Positions 7,387-10,913 of a DNA stretch of 10,913 nt are shown here, in pieces. Made by a program: the position numbers and the translations under genes. The stretch is from Armatimonadota bacterium (GTDB lineage: Bacteria > Sysuimicrobiota > Sysuimicrobiia > Sysuimicrobiales > Kaftiobacteriaceae). Within the stretch, counting starts at the first letter, position 1. Every line of letters begins with the position of its first letter. Location: the NCBI GenBank assembly GCA_037440005.1, contig JBBIUY010000057.1, positions 1-10,913 on the forward strand. Reading direction: 5' to 3'. The notes beneath the pieces are model-generated. The model ran no database searches, was not told the origin of the DNA, and saw only the letters and a program-made list of their open reading frames with translations.

Positions 7387-8352
7387 ATGGGCAAGTGGCA
7401 CCTGCCGCCGCCGGGCGGCCACATGGACAAGCGCACCGGCATCTACCTGCAGACCATGACCATGCGGGACGTGGAGGAGCGCCTGAAGACCAACGACGTG
7501 CTGATCGTGCCCCTGGGCGCCACCGAAGCCCACGGCCCCAACGCGCCGCTGGGGGAGGACATCTTCCTGGTGACCCGCATGGCGGAGGCGGTGGCCGAGC
7601 GCACCGGCTGCACCGTCAGCGAGCCCCTGTGGTTCGGCTCGCACCCCTACCACCACATCGGCATGCCCGGCACCGTGCCGATTCCCGAGGACGTGTTCAC
7701 GGCGTTCGTGCGCGCCATGATCGCCGGCTTCTGGAACATGGGGTTCCGCAAACAGATCCTGCTCAACGGCCACGGCCAGGAGTACGTGATCCCCACCGCC
7801 ATCCACCAGTTCGCCAAGCGCTACCGGGTGCCGGCGCTCATCATCAACGTCAACTGGTACCATGCGGTCCCGGACCACTTCCGGCTGCGGTCCCAGGGCG
7901 GACCCTACGAGACGCCCTTCATCCACGCCGACGAGGTGGAGACCAGCTGGTGCCTGGCCCTGTTCCCGGAACTGATGAAGCAGGAGTGGGCGGTGGACAA
8001 CACCCCCTTTGGCTTCCTGCCGGAAGGACACGTGGACAAGGCCGGCAACCTGCTGCGGCGGCCCATCGCCTGGTACGGCCACGTGGGCGCCGGGCCCATC
8101 GAGGTGAAGGCGTACCTGGAAGGGGTCGTGGGCCGGCCCACCCTGGCCCGGGCCGAGAAGGCGCTGCCGGGAGTGGAGGCGCTGCTGGACTACCTGGAGC
8201 GGCTGGTCACCGACATCCTGGAGAAGTTTCCCCCCGGCCAGCTGCCGCCGGCGGAGCTGCTGACCGAGCGGGACGCGCAGGAGCTGGAGGCCGTCCTGCG
8301 GGGTCCCGCCCGCGGGGGCAAGAGCATCTACAGCCTGGGGTGGCCGCCCTGA
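7387..8352 (+). CDS. iolN: 3-dehydro-scyllo-inosose hydrolase (creatininase family), IolN
   Basis: The real gene is the last 321 aa of the 4927..8352 ORF, with ATG 7387 after the RBS GGGGAGGAGG. Creatininase metal motifs are present: PLGATEAHG...GED, LNGHG and HADEVETS. Long blocks (HPYHHIGMPGTVP, GPYETPFIHADEVETSW, KAGNLL.RPIAWYGHVG) match Thermotoga maritima IolN as I recall it. Confidence 0.88.
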   Translation: MGKWHLPPPGGHMDKRTGIYLQTMTMRDVEERLKTNDVLIVPLGATEAHGPNAPLGEDIFLVTRMAEAVAERTGCTVSEPLWFGSHPYHHIGMPGTVPIPEDVFTAFVRAMIAGFWNMGFRKQILLNGHGQEYVIPTAIHQFAKRYRVPALIINVNWYHAVPDHFRLRSQGGPYETPFIHADEVETSWCLALFPELMKQEWAVDNTPFGFLPEGHVDKAGNLLRRPIAWYGHVGAGPIEVKAYLEGVVGRPTLARAEKALPGVEALLDYLERLVTDILEKFPPGQLPPAELLTERDAQELEAVLRGPARGGKSIYSLGWPP

Positions 8353-8365
8353 GGGGTCTGACCAC

Positions 8366-8393
8366 GGGATCAGGGATCAGAGATCGGGGATCT
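8366..8393 (+). repeat. Four tandem heptamers G(G/A)GATC(A/G/T)
   Basis: GGGATCA GGGATCA GAGATCG GGGATCT, ending directly at the GTG start at 8394. Confidence 0.8.
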
Positions 8394-9209
8394 GTGAAGC
8401 TCAGCCTGGTGGTCTCCATCGAGGAGACGTCCTTTGCCGCCGTGGCCGCGCAGGGGACCTGGCGGCAGGCCCTGGCGCGGGCGGCGGAACTGGGCTACGA
8501 CGGGGTGGAACTGGCCGTGCGCGACCCGACATCCGCCGACGCGGCCGCGGCGCTGGAAGAGGCGGTCCGGGCCGGGCTGGCCGTCCCGGCCCTGGGCACC
8601 GGGCAGGCGTACCTGGCCGACGGGCTGAGCCTGACCGCGCCGGACCCCGACGTCCGGCGCCGGGCGGTGGAGCGCCTGCGGGCGCACCTCCATCTGGCGG
8701 CCCGGTGCGGGGCCCTGGTGATCGTGGGCCTGGTGCGCGGGCGCCTCACGGGCGGACGGGAGGCCACCGACCGCCGCCTGCGGGAGGCGCTGGACCGGCT
8801 GCTGCCCGACGCCGGGCGGCTGGGGGTGCGGGTGGCCATCGAGCCCATCAACCGGTACGAGACCGACTACCTGGTCACGGTGGAGGAGGTCCTGGAGGTG
8901 GTGGATCGGGTCGGCTCCCCGCAGGTGGGAGTGCTGGCCGACACGTTTCACATGAACATCGAGGAGGCGTCCCTGGAGGATGCCCTGCGCCGGTGCGGGG
9001 AGCGGCTGTTCCACGTGCACGTGGCCGACAGCAACCGGCGGGCGCCGGGGTGGGGGCACCTGGACTTCGGGCGCCTGGTGGACGTGCTGGAGGAGATCGG
9101 GTATCGGGGGTTCCTGTCCGCGGAGATCCTGCCGCTGCCCGACCCGGACCAGGCGGCGGCGCAGGCCGTGCGGTTCCTGCGAGCCCTGCGCGCGACCGCA
9201 CCTTCCTAA
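8394..9209 (+). CDS. iolO: 5-keto-L-gluconate epimerase IolO (D-tagatose 3-epimerase-like TIM barrel)
   Basis: The real gene is the last 271 aa of the 7395..9209 ORF, starting (M)KLSLVVS. Motifs VELAVRDP, GTGQAYLADGLSLT, GLVRG, IEPINRYET, LADTFHMNIEE, HVADSNRRAPG.GH and EILPLP match T. maritima IolO as I recall it. It lies next to iolN. Confidence 0.87.
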   Translation: MKLSLVVSIEETSFAAVAAQGTWRQALARAAELGYDGVELAVRDPTSADAAAALEEAVRAGLAVPALGTGQAYLADGLSLTAPDPDVRRRAVERLRAHLHLAARCGALVIVGLVRGRLTGGREATDRRLREALDRLLPDAGRLGVRVAIEPINRYETDYLVTVEEVLEVVDRVGSPQVGVLADTFHMNIEEASLEDALRRCGERLFHVHVADSNRRAPGWGHLDFGRLVDVLEEIGYRGFLSAEILPLPDPDQAAAQAVRFLRALRATAPS

Positions 9210-9221
9210 AGGAGGGAGACC

Positions 9222-10238
9222 ATGCGACGGATCCTGAGTGTGGTGCTGGCAGTCCTGCTGGGCTCGCTGGGCGCGGCGTCCGCGGCGCCGGCGGGGAAGG
9301 TGACGGTGCTGTGCAGTCCCAACGTGGAGTGGTGCGACCTCATCCGGGCCGAGTTCCCCAAGGCTACCGGCATCGCCCTGGAGTTCGTGCGCCTCAGCTC
9401 CGGCGAGGCCCTGGCCCGGCTGCGGGCCGAGAGAGCCAACCCGGTCTTTGACGTGTGGTTCGGCGGCACCGGGGACCCCCACATCGTGGCCAACGAGGAG
9501 GGGCTGACCGAGTTCTACCGCCCCCGGGCGTGGGCGGACCTGCGGCCCGAGCTGCGGGAGGCGGTGGCCGGCCGCTACATCCCCCTGTACGCCGGCATCC
9601 TGGGGTGGGCCGTCAACCCCTCCCTCCTGCGGGAGAAGAACATCCCCGAGCCCCGGCGGTGGGAGGACTTGGCCGATCCGCGGCTGCGGGGCCTGGTGTC
9701 CTACCCCAACCCCAACACCTCGGGCACCGGGTACACCATGCTGGCCACGGTGGTGCAGTTGTACGGGGAGGAGAAGGCCTTTGACCTGCTCAAGCGGATC
9801 CACCGCAACGTCGCCCAGTACACCCGGGGAGGCGCCGACCCCGGCGTGCTGACCGGGCGCGGGGAGGTGGCGGTGGGCGTCACCTTCCTGCACGACGCGG
9901 TGTTGCAGATCCTGCGGGGGTTCCCGGTCGCCTACGGGTCCGCCCGGGACGGCACCGGCTACGAGATCGGCGGGCTGAGCCTGGTCCGGGGCGCGCCCAA
10001 CCGCGCCAACGGCATCACCTTTATCGAGTGGGCCCTCACCCCGGCCGCGCAGGCCCTGGCGGCGCAGGCGGGCTCGTACCAGATCCCCTCCAACGCCAAG
10101 ACGCCGATCCCGCCGGTGGCGCCGCGGTTTGAGGCGTTCAACGTCATCAAGTACGACTTCCTGAAGTACGGCAAGGCGTCGGTGCGGGACGGGCTGGTCA
10201 ACCGCTGGACGAAGGAGGTCTTCGCCCTGCCCAAGTAG
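9222..10238 (+). CDS. ABC transporter substrate-binding protein, AfuA-like (sugar-phosphate-binding type)
   Basis: Signal peptide MRRILSVVL...ASA and RBS AAAGGAGGG. N-terminal C-x6-C pair (LCSPNVEWC) and motifs DVWFGGTGDP, PNPNTSGTGYT, QYTRGG, FLHD and GYEIGGLS. Confidence 0.9.
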   Translation: MRRILSVVLAVLLGSLGAASAAPAGKVTVLCSPNVEWCDLIRAEFPKATGIALEFVRLSSGEALARLRAERANPVFDVWFGGTGDPHIVANEEGLTEFYRPRAWADLRPELREAVAGRYIPLYAGILGWAVNPSLLREKNIPEPRRWEDLADPRLRGLVSYPNPNTSGTGYTMLATVVQLYGEEKAFDLLKRIHRNVAQYTRGGADPGVLTGRGEVAVGVTFLHDAVLQILRGFPVAYGSARDGTGYEIGGLSLVRGAPNRANGITFIEWALTPAAQALAAQAGSYQIPSNAKTPIPPVAPRFEAFNVIKYDFLKYGKASVRDGLVNRWTKEVFALPK

Positions 10239-10249
10239 GGGCTGCGGTC

Positions 10250-10913
10250 ATGGTTGAGGTGCTCCTGGCTCCCGCCCGCCCGGCGGCGCGGGCCCACGGG
10301 ACGCTGGCGGCGTGGGGCGCCCTCACCGCCCTGGGCGCCCTGGCCCTGCCCTGGGCCCGGCCCGGGCGCGACCTGTGGGTGTTCGTCCCGCAGACAGCGG
10401 GCGTGGACCTGGTGGCGCAGGACTGGCGCGTGGCCGTGGCGGTGGCAGCCGGGGTGCTGGTCGCGGCCGCGGGCGTCGCCCCGGCGCCTGTGGCCGTCCG
10501 CGGGCGGCTGGCGCTGGCCCTAGCCGTCCTGGGGCTGGCCGGCACGATCCTGGCGGTGGCGCACCGCGGCGCGCCCATGGGGCCTGCGGCCTGGGCCGCG
10601 GTGCTGGGATACCTGACGATGGCGGGGATCGGCCTGTCCCTGGGCGGGTACCTGCACGCCGACCCGGTCATCGCCGCGGGGATGGTCTGGGCCGCGGCGT
10701 TCGTGGCGACGTTCATTGTGTACCCGCTGGTGGCGGTGCTGCAGGCCAGCGTGGTGGTCCGGGGCCGGCTGACCCTGGACGTGGTCCGGGAGACGGTGCG
10801 CTCGCCGATCTTCCTGATGATCAACAACCCCGCCACGCCGGTCCCCGAGGGGCTCCTGGCGGCGGCGGCGGGCGCGGCGTGCGCCGCCGCCGCGCTGGCG
10901 GCCGGGCTGATCC
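10250..10913 (+). CDS. ABC permease, long AfuB-type with N-terminal membrane extension (5' part only, runs off window)
   Basis: Absent from the ORF track because it has no stop. My translation from ATG 10250 gives MVEVLLAPARP...LALPWARPG...MGPAAW...LHADPVIAAG...TFIVYPLVAVLQAS..., open for 221 codons with several hydrophobic helices. It starts 11 nt after the binding-protein gene. Confidence 0.8.
   Translation, partial: MVEVLLAPARPAARAHGTLAAWGALTALGALALPWARPGRDLWVFVPQTAGVDLVAQDWRVAVAVAAGVLVAAAGVAPAPVAVRGRLALALAVLGLAGTILAVAHRGAPMGPAAWAAVLGYLTMAGIGLSLGGYLHADPVIAAGMVWAAAFVATFIVYPLVAVLQASVVVRGRLTLDVVRETVRSPIFLMINNPATPVPEGLLAAAAGAACAAAALAAGLI

Noticed and set aside
4927..8352. 1141 aa ORF suggesting a giant IolN fusion
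   Set aside because: The first 820 codons are a low-complexity shadow frame over the permease and ATPase. The real gene starts at ATG 7387 with a strong RBS.
7387..8352. True creatininase or mycofactocin MftE peptidase
   Set aside because: The fold is shared, but the extended sequence blocks and the adjacent iolO fit IolN, and there is no RiPP precursor or radical SAM gene.
7395..8393. N-terminal part of the 604 aa ORF, or an IolN-IolO frameshift fusion
   Set aside because: Shadow frame over iolN. iolN has its own stop at 8352, IolO similarity begins at GTG 8394, and no slippery site is evident.
8366..8393. CRISPR array or IS end
   Set aside because: The units are 7 bp with no spacers, and no cas or transposase gene is present.
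10254..10523. 89 aa ORF from the track
   Set aside because: Shadow frame of the permease that starts at 10250.

Overview
A very GC-rich (roughly 70% by eye), densely packed window in which all eleven genes (ten with stop codons in the window, one running off the end) lie on the + strand. It looks like a bacterial inositol/cyclitol catabolic and uptake cluster. Gene order: Hyi-like TIM-barrel isomerase; IolI-like inosose isomerase; Gfo/Idh/MocA dehydrogenase; Cof-type HAD phosphatase; a complete AfuABC/FbpABC-class ABC transporter (binding protein, fused permease, ATPase); IolN (creatininase-fold ring hydrolase); IolO (5-keto-L-gluconate epimerase); a second, more canonical AfuA-like binding protein; and the start of a long AfuB-like permease. 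The main observation is that enzymes of the rare Thermotoga-type oxidative inositol route (IolN/IolO) sit with a Bacillus-type IolI, a HAD phosphatase and two 'iron-type' ABC systems that probably carry sugar or cyclitol phosphates. IolM and IolE/D/B/C are not in the window. Notable non-coding signals are a low-GC segment with a perfect palindrome before the HAD gene, a hairpin or pseudoknot covering the permease RBS, and four tandem GATC heptamers abutting the iolO start. Family calls rest on motifs and recalled reference sequences; no searches were run.
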